This document shows, in pieces, positions 8,493 to 16,663 of a DNA stretch of 24,130 nucleotides. The notes beneath the pieces were generated by a model that worked only from the letters and a program-made list of their open reading frames with translations, was not told the origin of the DNA and did no database searches. This DNA comes from a virus (lineage: Duplodnaviria > Caudoviricetes), in the IMG/VR virus record IMGVR_UViG_3300025103_000160, positions 1 through 24,130 of that record; one strand, 5' to 3'. The stretch's first letter is position 1, and each line of letters begins with the position of its first letter. The position numbers were made by a program, and so were the translations under genes.

Positions 8493-8521
8493 ACTTATTA
8501 CTCACTACGTTCGTAATAAGT
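8493..8521 (-). other. Hairpin 2, carrying the same loop as hairpin 1 on the opposite strand
   Basis: Stem ACTTATTAC / GTAATAAGT. 8499-8515 is the exact reverse complement of 8357-8373 (17 bp). Confidence 0.85.
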
Positions 8522-8562
8522 GTTACGCTAACACTTCGTGTTACCGGTAACACTAACTAGTG
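8518..8562. repeat. Interlocking inverted repeats of GTGTTA/TAACAC
   Basis: GTGTTA at 8520, TAACAC at 8529, GTGTTA at 8538, TAACAC at 8548. Perfect 16-bp palindrome GTGTTACCGGTAACAC at 8538-8553. Confidence 0.85.
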
Positions 8563-8564
8563 GT

Positions 8565-8737
8565 TTACTAAGTTACTAGCTTACTAAGCTACTAGCTTAC
8601 TAAGCTTACTAAGTTACTAGCTTACTAAGCTACTAGCTTACTAAGCTTACTAAGTTACTAGCTTACTAAGTTACTAGCTTACTAAGCTTACTAAGTTACT
8701 AGCTTACTAAGTTACTAGCTTACTAAGCTACAGCTTA
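8565..8737. repeat. Higher-order tandem array: 4 x 41 bp built from 20 TACTA-core units of 7-9 bp
   Basis: Copies at 8565-8605, 8606-8646, 8647-8687 and 8688-8728. Copy 1 equals copy 2 and copy 3 equals copy 4; the pairs differ by one C/T. Degenerate tail to 8737. Confidence 0.95.
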
Positions 8738-8786
8738 AATGCAACAATTAGCGATGGTCGATTTTAGACCAAATTATTTCACCAAG

Positions 8787-8819
8787 GGGTTGACACTAGG
8801 TCCCTCTTTATGTTACTAT
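8787..8819 (+). promoter_or_regulatory. Sigma70-type promoter for gp55
   Basis: GGG-TTGACA (8790-8795), 18-bp spacer, TGT-TACTAT extended -10 (8814-8819). Confidence 0.85.
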
Positions 8820-8826
8820 AGATTAT

Positions 8827-9504
8827 ATGACTAAAAAAACGAATCCAACAACCAAAAAAACAACCAAAAAAACAACCAAAAAAACACCCAAATCTAGGAA
8901 ACGGCGCACAACAAATAAGCACTATGTAAATAACAAAGAGTTATTTGAAAATTTGTGTCCCTACCTAGAACGAGTCCGAGCGGCGAAATTGGATCAACCA
9001 GGAGTTAAAAAAGAAGATTTGGTTTTACCACAAGTTCCCGAATATATCGCAGATTGCATATTTAAAATTTGCGATAATATGTCAAGGAAACCAAACTTCT
9101 TTGGATATACGTACCGAGAAGACATGGTTCTAGATGGAGTTGAAAATTGCTTGCGTTACATCGCAAATTTCAACGCAGAAAAATCTACAAATCCATTTTC
9201 TTATTTTTCCCAAATTGCCCACTTCGCTTTCATTCGACGAATTAAATCGGAACACAAAGAAACGTATGTAAAGTGTAAAGCGATGGAATTGGCAGTCTTG
9301 GATTATGATAAAATTGGCGATTTGAATCCTCACGATACATCGGGTTTCGCCGCCCACTCGGGCATGGCGTATGATAACATTTATGATTTCATCGACGAAT
9401 ACGAGTCGAAAATGAAAGCGAAGAAGAAAGACAACCCCAAACCCAAAAAGAAAAAACTTGAGGAATTCATGGACGACGACACAAAAAAGGATAGCGATGA
9501 GTGA
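8827..9504 (+). CDS. gp55: Sigma factor for late transcription
   Basis: Motifs HYVNNKEL, YIADCIFKI, KPNFFGYTYREDM, NFNAEKSTNPFSYFSQI, AFIRRIKSE. Confidence 0.97.
   Translation: MTKKTNPTTKKTTKKTTKKTPKSRKRRTTNKHYVNNKELFENLCPYLERVRAAKLDQPGVKKEDLVLPQVPEYIADCIFKICDNMSRKPNFFGYTYREDMVLDGVENCLRYIANFNAEKSTNPFSYFSQIAHFAFIRRIKSEHKETYVKCKAMELAVLDYDKIGDLNPHDTSGFAAHSGMAYDNIYDFIDEYESKMKAKKKDNPKPKKKKLEEFMDDDTKKDSDE
8848..8883 (+). repeat. 3 x 12 bp in-frame repeat ACAACCAAAAAA (TTKK) in gp55
   Basis: Three perfect tandem copies. Confidence 0.9.
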
Positions 9505-9682
9505 GGAAATCCCATATTATACAATTGGTACTGATGATTTGATTACTCGCCATTGTCCTCACTGTGGAACAAAAATAGTCGCTAATTACAAGGATCATGC
9601 TGAGATGAAATTCTGCTCAAACTGTGGAACAAAAATTCTCAGGGAGACCGCTTCAAATAAAAAAGATTTGTTATTGGGTTGA
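9497..9682 (+). CDS. Small zinc-ribbon protein (61 aa)
   Basis: CPHCG...CSNCG motifs. ATG 9497 with AAGGA RBS overlaps the end of gp55. Confidence 0.75.
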   Translation: MSEEIPYYTIGTDDLITRHCPHCGTKIVANYKDHAEMKFCSNCGTKILRETASNKKDLLLG

Positions 9683-9708
9683 CAAATCACCCAGAAATAT
9701 TGTATAAT
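9676..9708 (+). promoter_or_regulatory. Sigma70-type promoter for gp47/gp46
   Basis: GGG-TTGACA (9679-9684), 18-bp spacer, TATAAT (9703-9708). Confidence 0.85.
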
Positions 9709-9716
9709 AGTATTAT

Positions 9717-10787
9717 ATGAAAATTGCTCTTGTGACGGACAGTCATTTCGGCGCTAGGAACGATAACTTAGTTTTCAATGAATATTTCTTTGATTTTTGG
9801 GAGAATCATTTTTTTCCATACCTTTTGAAGAACAACATTAAACAAGTTATCCACCTTGGCGATATCTTAGATAGAAGGAAATTTGGTAATTATAATACCT
9901 TGTTCTCTTTCCGCACCCGCTTTCTTGATTTCTTTGAGAAAAACAAGATAAAGATCGACATTATTATCGGAAATCATGACACGTACTATAAGCGTACAAA
10001 CACAGTAAATTCGGTATCCGAGATCGCCCAGGGACGATACAAATACATTAATGTCTTCCCAAGTCCAAAAGTTGTAAAACATGACAAATTGAAAATATTG
10101 TACCTTCCATGGATAAACTCAGACAATAACGCTGAATCAACAAAAATGATAGAATCAAAACCCGCCGATGTTATCATGGGGCACCTTGAATTGAATGGAT
10201 TTGAGATGTACGCTGGACATACTATGGACAAGGGTGGCGACTCTTCGATTTATTCTGATTATGAAACTGTCATGACAGGACATTACCATCACAAATCAAC
10301 AAGAGGGAACATTCATTATCTTGGAAGCACTTATGAAATAACTTGGCATGATTTTGGGGATGATAGAGGATTTCATATATTCGACACCAACACAAAAGAA
10401 CTGGAATACGTAAAGAATCCTTTAAAAATGTTCCATAAAGTTTATTATGATGATTCCTCGGTATCCAAACCCGATGATATTTTTGACAAATATGATTTTG
10501 AGAAATACCGAAACAGATACGTAAAAGTTATAGTCGAATCAAAAAATAACTCAGCGCTCTTTCAAAGATTTGTAGACAGATTACATGAATTCAACCCATA
10601 TGATCTTTCTGTTATAGACAGTTTTGAAATGGGTGGATCTAATTTATCATCCGTTGGTCAAGTTGAAGATACGTTGACACTTTTATCAAATTATATAGAA
10701 TCAATGGTTGACATGAATGACAAGGAGAAACGACAACTGAAAAATCTTATGAATTCCCTTCACTCTGAAGCATTAGAAATGGAATAA
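9717..10787 (+). CDS. gp47: Recombination endonuclease subunit (Mre11/SbcD-like)
   Basis: Metallophosphoesterase motifs DSHFG, HLGD, GNHD, GHLE, GHYH. Confidence 0.97.
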   Translation: MKIALVTDSHFGARNDNLVFNEYFFDFWENHFFPYLLKNNIKQVIHLGDILDRRKFGNYNTLFSFRTRFLDFFEKNKIKIDIIIGNHDTYYKRTNTVNSVSEIAQGRYKYINVFPSPKVVKHDKLKILYLPWINSDNNAESTKMIESKPADVIMGHLELNGFEMYAGHTMDKGGDSSIYSDYETVMTGHYHHKSTRGNIHYLGSTYEITWHDFGDDRGFHIFDTNTKELEYVKNPLKMFHKVYYDDSSVSKPDDIFDKYDFEKYRNRYVKVIVESKNNSALFQRFVDRLHEFNPYDLSVIDSFEMGGSNLSSVGQVEDTLTLLSNYIESMVDMNDKEKRQLKNLMNSLHSEALEME

Positions 10788-12509
10788 ATGATACAATTTA
10801 AGCAGTTAAGATATAAGAATTTTTTATCAACTGGAAACTATTTTACAGAAATAGATTTAGTTCGTCCGAGCAATACTCTGGTCGTCGGAAAAAATGGTAG
10901 TGGGAAATCTACAATGCTCGACGCTCTGACTTTTGTCCTTTTTGGGAAACCGTTTAGACGAGTAAATAAACCTCAATTAGTGAACAGTATAAACGAGAAG
11001 GGTACGCTTGTTGAAATTGATTTTAGTATCGGGACGAAGGATTTCATGGTTCGTCGAGGAATATTGCCGAACATTTTTGAAATATGGGAAAATGACGTAC
11101 AATTACCCCAACCGGCAGCGATCAAGGATTATCAAAAGAAATTAGAGAAAAATATATTGAAGATGAATTATAAGTCTTTCACACAAATAGTGATACTTGG
11201 TTCGTCTGGATTTACACCATTCATGAAATTACCACCACATCATAGGCGTATTGTCATAGAGGATATCCTAGATATTGGAGTATTTAGTCTGATGAATCAA
11301 GCGCTCAAATCAAGAGCAGTAGCACTAAAGGACGAATTGCAAGAAATAGATAAAAATCTTGAAATACTTTTGGAGAAAATACGACTACAATCCGAGTACA
11401 TTTCTAAGATCGAACACAGCAACAAGGAACGACATACAGAAATCAATGATAAAATACTAGACAGAAATAAACAGAATAGAGAACTGACAACGGAAGCGAC
11501 ACAAACACAAACTAGGATTTCTGAACTGATTACCCAAATTTCAAAATCTGATGAAATTCGCAAAAAACACAGGGACTATATTAATATTGAACGGGATATA
11601 GTACGGAAACATCAAGAATGTAATCATAGAATAACATTTTTTAATGAGAATAGTTCATGTCCAACATGCACACAAAGCATTACTACTGATGTTTCGATGG
11701 GTGTCATAAACGAGAATACCACAAAATTATCAACATTTAACGAGGCGTTGGAAAAGATAAAGTCCAATCTGTTAGTTTTAGAAGATACATTATCAAATAT
11801 TAGTTTAGTAGAGAAAAATATATCAAACGAAAATCGGGAATTGCAAGCGAAAATGCTTGGTATAAAACATAATACTGAGTTGATCGAAAAATTGACGGAA
11901 GAACGAGACAACTTGGTATCGACTGATAATTTAGAGGAAGAAAAAACTGGATTAACTAATCAGAACGAACAACTCGAAGGTGTCAGAAAACACAAAGACA
12001 AGATAATTTCAACGAAAAACATCTATAATCGTGCTTATATGATGTTGAAAGATAGCGGTATAAAAACAAAGATTATAGAGCAATATCTCCCAATTATGAA
12101 CAAACTCATCAATCAATACTTGACAGAATTTGATTTTTTTGTTAACTTTAACTTGGATGAGAATTTTAACGAAGAGATCAAATCAAGGCACCGAGATGCT
12201 TTTTCCTATGATTCGTTTTCAGAGGGAGAGAAACAACGGATTGATTTGGCGATATTGTTTTGCTGGCGAGAAATTGCACGAATGAAAAATTCAGTATCAA
12301 CCAATCTTCTTATTCTGGATGAACTTTTTGACTCATCACTAGATTCAGAAGGAACGGACGATTTTTTGAAGGTTATATCAGTGTTAGAAAAGAAGGGTGA
12401 TAACCTTTTCGTGATAAGTCATAAAACTGATATTTTGTCTGAAGTATTTGAGGACGTTATAGAATTCGAAAAGATTGGGGATTTTTCACAATTGAAGGGA
12501 AAAGAGTAA
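10788..12509 (+). CDS. gp46: Recombination ATPase subunit (Rad50/SbcC-like)
   Basis: KNFLSTGN, Walker A GKNGSGKS, CPTC zinc hook, FSEGEK signature, LILDE Walker B, ISH. Confidence 0.98.
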   Translation: MIQFKQLRYKNFLSTGNYFTEIDLVRPSNTLVVGKNGSGKSTMLDALTFVLFGKPFRRVNKPQLVNSINEKGTLVEIDFSIGTKDFMVRRGILPNIFEIWENDVQLPQPAAIKDYQKKLEKNILKMNYKSFTQIVILGSSGFTPFMKLPPHHRRIVIEDILDIGVFSLMNQALKSRAVALKDELQEIDKNLEILLEKIRLQSEYISKIEHSNKERHTEINDKILDRNKQNRELTTEATQTQTRISELITQISKSDEIRKKHRDYINIERDIVRKHQECNHRITFFNENSSCPTCTQSITTDVSMGVINENTTKLSTFNEALEKIKSNLLVLEDTLSNISLVEKNISNENRELQAKMLGIKHNTELIEKLTEERDNLVSTDNLEEEKTGLTNQNEQLEGVRKHKDKIISTKNIYNRAYMMLKDSGIKTKIIEQYLPIMNKLINQYLTEFDFFVNFNLDENFNEEIKSRHRDAFSYDSFSEGEKQRIDLAILFCWREIARMKNSVSTNLLILDELFDSSLDSEGTDDFLKVISVLEKKGDNLFVISHKTDILSEVFEDVIEFEKIGDFSQLKGKE

Positions 12510-13516
12510 TGATAACAGGTTTGACGTATGACGATATATTGTTAATACCGTCCAAAAGTTTAGATTCTAGGAATGATCCAAATTTAGAGACACAATTGAC
12601 ACGAAATATAAAAATGGATATTCCTATAGTTTCAGCGAATATGGATACCGTTACAGGACCAAACCTCGCTGTTGCTATGTCAAAATTCGGTGGAACCGGT
12701 TTTTTGCACAGGAATAATTTAGTAGATGAATGTGTCGATAATTTTGAACAAACACAACGACGAATAACGGGTTCATTAACACCCGCTATACCAACTGTGG
12801 GTGTTAATGAAATTTTTCGTATAGACCGTATACTTCACTGCACACCAAAAGCAATCTGTATAGATATTGCTAACGCATATTCTGACAAAGTTAAACAGAT
12901 GATAGAACATATTCAGAATATAGACCCAGACGTTGAGATTATAGTTGGTAATGTTGCGTCGGCGCCCGGTGCATTATTTCTTGCTGATTTGGGAGTATCC
13001 GCTATAAAAGTTGGCATTGGACCAGGATCAGTTTGCACAACACGCTCGACGACAGGATTTGGAATACCACAATTCACAGCAGTTCAAATGGTGAAAGCGG
13101 GATTAGTTTATAGGGGATTTTTAGACGTTCCAGTTATCGCAGATGGGGGTCTCAAAAACTCTGGTGATATTGTCAAAGCGATTTTTGCTGGTGCTAATGT
13201 TGTAATGTCTGGAAGATTTTTTGCTGGTTGTGTAGAATCCGAACAATCTAATCACTATCGTGGAATGGCATCATCTGAAGCACGAAAGATACTACATAAC
13301 GATGAATATGTGGATACAATCGCAGAAGAAGGTGTGGTAACAGATTTAGAATGGACCGGATCAGTTATGCAAGTTTTGGAAAAACTTTGTAATGGTATTC
13401 GGTCTGGCATGTCTTACGGTGGATGTCGAACAATAGATGAACTCATAAGATCTGAACATATTACACCAATAAGACAAACACAAAACGGAATGATTGAATC
13501 AGGAACAAGAATTTAG
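12509..13516 (+). CDS. guaC: GMP reductase / IMP dehydrogenase family protein (GMPR-like, no CBS domains)
   Basis: Motifs [31 protein letters not shown] (catalytic Cys), [21 protein letters not shown]. Family is certain; GMPR versus IMPDH is inferred. Confidence 0.85.
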   Translation: MITGLTYDDILLIPSKSLDSRNDPNLETQLTRNIKMDIPIVSANMDTVTGPNLAVAMSKFGGTGFLHRNNLVDECVDNFEQTQRRITGSLTPAIPTVGVNEIFRIDRILHCTPKAICIDIANAYSDKVKQMIEHIQNIDPDVEIIVGNVASAPGALFLADLGVSAIKVGIGPGSVCTTRSTTGFGIPQFTAVQMVKAGLVYRGFLDVPVIADGGLKNSGDIVKAIFAGANVVMSGRFFAGCVESEQSNHYRGMASSEARKILHNDEYVDTIAEEGVVTDLEWTGSVMQVLEKLCNGIRSGMSYGGCRTIDELIRSEHITPIRQTQNGMIESGTRI

Positions 13517-13547
13517 GGTTGACAAATGACTTGCAACCTGTTACTAT
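13516..13547 (+). promoter_or_regulatory. Sigma70-type promoter for gp45-gp44-gp62-regA
   Basis: GGG-TTGACA (13519-13524), 17-bp spacer, TGT-TACTAT (13542-13547). Confidence 0.85.
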
Positions 13548-13573
13548 AGTACTTGATAGGAGATAATTACATT

Positions 13574-14254
13574 ATGAAAATTTCGAAAGAAACACTACAA
13601 CTATTGAAGAACTTCTCTTCAATAAACTCCAGTATTTTTGTTAAAGCTGGGAACACAATTTCTACAGTGTCAAAATCCAAGAATATTTTGGCGACTGGAA
13701 CAGTATCAGAAACCTTTCCTGTGGATTTTGCGATCTACGATTTAGCGAAATTCTTGGGCGCTTTGTCTTTATTTGAAGAACCAGAACTAGCATTTGAAGC
13801 GGAACATGTCACAATTAAAAGTGGGACAAAAAACCACTCTATCCGATATGTTTTCTCCGCTCCTGAAAATGTCAACAAACCAAGGAAGGATAGAATTGTT
13901 CTGCCCCAAAATGACGTTGAATTTAACTTATCAGCGGAAACAGTCAAAGATATTGTCAAAGCATCCTCTCTTATGTCTTTACCGAATATGAAGATCAAGG
14001 GGAATGGTAAGACAGTTAAAATTGTTTTGGATGATAGCGCTGTACCAGGTTCCAGCAATTACAAAGTTGAGACAGGAACAGACACCGACAAAAAGTTTGA
14101 ATTTGTGTTCAAAGTTGAGAACATGAAATTACTCGATGGACCTTATGACGTTGTTTTGTTTTTCGACCAGAAAAAGAAGATGGGGTTTGGTTATTTTAAC
14201 GGCAACCAAGCAGAATATTGGATTGCTATTGAGTCTGATTCTTCCATGAAATAA
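13574..14254 (+). CDS. gp45: Sliding clamp
   Basis: MKISKETLQLLKNFSSINSSI and FAIYDLAKFL. AGGAG RBS supports ATG 13574. Confidence 0.97.
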   Translation: MKISKETLQLLKNFSSINSSIFVKAGNTISTVSKSKNILATGTVSETFPVDFAIYDLAKFLGALSLFEEPELAFEAEHVTIKSGTKNHSIRYVFSAPENVNKPRKDRIVLPQNDVEFNLSAETVKDIVKASSLMSLPNMKIKGNGKTVKIVLDDSAVPGSSNYKVETGTDTDKKFEFVFKVENMKLLDGPYDVVLFFDQKKKMGFGYFNGNQAEYWIAIESDSSMK

Positions 14255-14270
14255 AACTGGAGTTTAAATT

Positions 14271-15227
14271 ATGAATGAAGTGTTTGAACGGGGTGATGAG
14301 TTCATCTGGCCTCAGAAATATCGACCCAGGAAAATTGAAGATTGTATTTTACCAGAAGGTGTGAAATCTGCATTTACTAATTTTGTAAAACAAGGAAATC
14401 TGCCAAATATGGTTCTATATGGACCCGCTGGAACTGGAAAAACTACCATTGCTATGGCGGCTCTCGATGAATTGGATTGTGACTATATGTTCATTAACGG
14501 TTCGTTGGAAACGGGTATCGATGTATTGCGTAATAAGATACAGGATTTTGCTTCCAGTATTTCACTCCAAGGTGGTCGAAAATATGTCATTATTGACGAG
14601 GCGGATTTCTTAAATCAACAATCCACACAACCAGCGTTACGTGGTTTCATGGAGCAATTTTCCCAGAATTGCGGGTTTATTTTAACGTGCAACTACATGA
14701 ATAGGATCATTGAAGCGATTCGGAATTCTCGCTGTGTAAATATGGAATTCGTGATTCCAAAAGAGGAACAACCAAAACTCGCTATGGAATTTATGAAAAG
14801 AACTATTCAAATTCTTGATAATGAGAAAGTTGAATATGACAAGAATTCTGTAGTGAAACTTATTAAGATGTACTTCCCCGATTTTCGCCGGGTTCTGACG
14901 GAATTACAACGTCATTCCGCTAGCGGTTCTATCGATGATGGAGTGTTATCCAAAACAAGTATCAAAATTGGTGAACTGATAGAAACATTGAAAAATCAGG
15001 ACTTCAAAGCGATGCGATCCTGGGTCGTCGCAAATTTAAACAACGACTCAGCACGAATTTTTAGATCCATTTATGATGGAATGTACGACCACCTGAAAGA
15101 CTCTCAAATACCGCAAACTATATTAACTATTGCTGATTATCAGTATAAATCAGCGTTCGTCGCTGATCAAGAAATCAATATGGTTGCGTTTTTGACAGAA
15201 TTGATGGCGGCGGATGTATGTAAGTGA
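14271..15227 (+). CDS. gp44: Clamp loader large subunit
   Basis: Motifs KYRPRKIEDCILP, GPAGTGKTT, IIDEAD, SRC, FPDFRR. Confidence 0.98.
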   Translation: MNEVFERGDEFIWPQKYRPRKIEDCILPEGVKSAFTNFVKQGNLPNMVLYGPAGTGKTTIAMAALDELDCDYMFINGSLETGIDVLRNKIQDFASSISLQGGRKYVIIDEADFLNQQSTQPALRGFMEQFSQNCGFILTCNYMNRIIEAIRNSRCVNMEFVIPKEEQPKLAMEFMKRTIQILDNEKVEYDKNSVVKLIKMYFPDFRRVLTELQRHSASGSIDDGVLSKTSIKIGELIETLKNQDFKAMRSWVVANLNNDSARIFRSIYDGMYDHLKDSQIPQTILTIADYQYKSAFVADQEINMVAFLTELMAADVCK

Positions 15228-15234
15228 GAAACTA

Positions 15235-15621
15235 ATGAAACTTTCTGACTACTTAAATTCAATCAACAAGACAAAAAAGGATTTAATGTCCAGTCCTGAA
15301 AAGGAACTGGAAGAGAAGTTATATACGCCGTTCATAATTAATCGATCCCTGTCATATTTTAGGGATACGATCTATTTAGCGAACGAGATGAACGCTAATC
15401 ATTCGTTGGATAAAAGACTACAATACCACTTCTATTTGCATGGTGTGAGGAAGATGAGTAGGTTTTCACGATGGGATAAACAACTAAAAAGCGATGACTT
15501 GGAGGTGGTAAAAGAATATTTCAATATAAATACACCCAAAGCGGAAGAGTATTTAACTCTGCTGAACGCCGATGATCTTATAACAATAAGAAAAAGACTA
15601 GAAAAGGGTGGCAGAAAATGA
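15235..15621 (+). CDS. gp62: Clamp loader small subunit (start 15214 or 15235)
   Basis: Motifs YLNSINKTK, YTPFIINRSLS, ANEMN, GVRK..RFS.W. Synteny between gp44 and regA. Confidence 0.95.
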   Translation: MKLSDYLNSINKTKKDLMSSPEKELEEKLYTPFIINRSLSYFRDTIYLANEMNANHSLDKRLQYHFYLHGVRKMSRFSRWDKQLKSDDLEVVKEYFNINTPKAEEYLTLLNADDLITIRKRLEKGGRK

Positions 15622-16013
15622 TAGATGATGTAGTCTCAGAACTAATCGAAGTTGAACTAAGTGATACACAAGATTTTTTAAAAATTAAAGAAACACTGAC
15701 CAGAATAGGGATTTCCTCTACAAAAAACAAACAATTATTTCAAACTTGTCATATTTTGCATAAGCGAGGACGTTATTATATAACACACTTTAAAGAATTA
15801 TTCAAACTAGATGGAAAATCATCCAATTTTTCAGAAGATGATAAAGCGCGTAGAAATACTATCATATCCCTTTTGTATGAATGGAATTTAATCGATATTG
15901 TGGAACCCCACAGGGTAGAAGCACCAAGAGTAATGATGAACAAAATTAAAATTCTTAAACACTCTGAGAAGGGTGATTGGGAGTTGGTACAAAAATATAA
16001 TATTGGATCGTAA
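15618..16013 (+). CDS. regA: Translational repressor RegA
   Basis: Motifs DFLKIKETLTRIGI, CHILHKRGRYYITHFKELF.LDG, RRNTI. Confidence 0.98.
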   Translation: MIDDVVSELIEVELSDTQDFLKIKETLTRIGISSTKNKQLFQTCHILHKRGRYYITHFKELFKLDGKSSNFSEDDKARRNTIISLLYEWNLIDIVEPHRVEAPRVMMNKIKILKHSEKGDWELVQKYNIGS

Positions 16014-16014
16014 A

Positions 16015-16452
16015 ATGACAAATTTTGAAATGGTGAAAGAGTTTAATAGGAAATTTAAACTTGATTTTAAAGAAGAACCGACCAGACCAGAGGATATTGA
16101 CAGTATTGAACTAGGTTTGAATTTGATTACAGAAGAGTGTGACGAATTAACAGAAGAACATGATCAGTTGGTATCCGAGCATTTCGCTATATCCCGTGGC
16201 ATACTTGCCGAACACGATTATACAGAACTTAGAAACAAATTAGCAAAAGAAACCGCTGATTTGTTGTATGTCGTTTATGGATATGCTGACAGACTTGGGA
16301 TACCGATAGATGAAGTTTTCGCAGAAGTTCACCGTTCTAATATGAGTAAACTTGACAAAGACGGGAATCCGACGTATAATGAACAAGGAAAGTTGCTCAA
16401 ACCCGACAACTACTCACCCGCTGATCCGGGTAAAATAATGGATGGTGAATGA
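16015..16452 (+). CDS. MazG-like / PRA-PH family nucleoside triphosphate pyrophosphohydrolase
   Basis: Motifs LITEECDEL, KETADLLYVVYG, EVHRSNMSKL, GKLLKP. Likely start is ATG 16015. Confidence 0.88.
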   Translation: MTNFEMVKEFNRKFKLDFKEEPTRPEDIDSIELGLNLITEECDELTEEHDQLVSEHFAISRGILAEHDYTELRNKLAKETADLLYVVYGYADRLGIPIDEVFAEVHRSNMSKLDKDGNPTYNEQGKLLKPDNYSPADPGKIMDGE

Positions 16453-16663
16453 TGAGTTTTTATGGTGGTGAACGACCCACTCCAGTTGATACTGGTGATG
16501 ATATTTGTATGGATTATCGATAATCCAAACCGAAATTTCTTATGATAAGGAAGCGGATTATATCACAATAGATTCCGTCGCCAATTTTAATCTAATTCAC
16601 CCAGAGGATTTGAATAAATTTATGGATATGGTGAACAAATATAGGAGTGAAAATGACCTTTGA
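16452..16663 (+). pseudogene. Small hypothetical gene (~70 aa) apparently broken by a frameshift near 16520
   Basis: TGATG-coupled ATG 16452 gives MSFYGGERPTPVDTGDDICMDYR*. The -1 frame continues IIQTEISYDKEADYITIDSVANFNLIHPEDLNKFMDMVNKYRSENDL* and fills the gap to the amidase. Confidence 0.4.

Noticed and set aside
8565-8737. Repeat array as a CRISPR or mini-CRISPR array
   Set aside because: Units are contiguous with no unique spacers, and there are no cas genes in the window.
8368-8826. tRNA or small ORF in the uvsW-gp55 gap
   Set aside because: No cloverleaf or T-loop consensus was found, and the array is saturated with stop codons.
12509-16452. Z-base (2-aminoadenine) or other base-modification pathway from guaC plus the MazG-like gene
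   Set aside because: No purZ, datZ, queuosine-pathway or hydroxymethylase gene is in the window, and MazG-like genes are common in T4-like phages.
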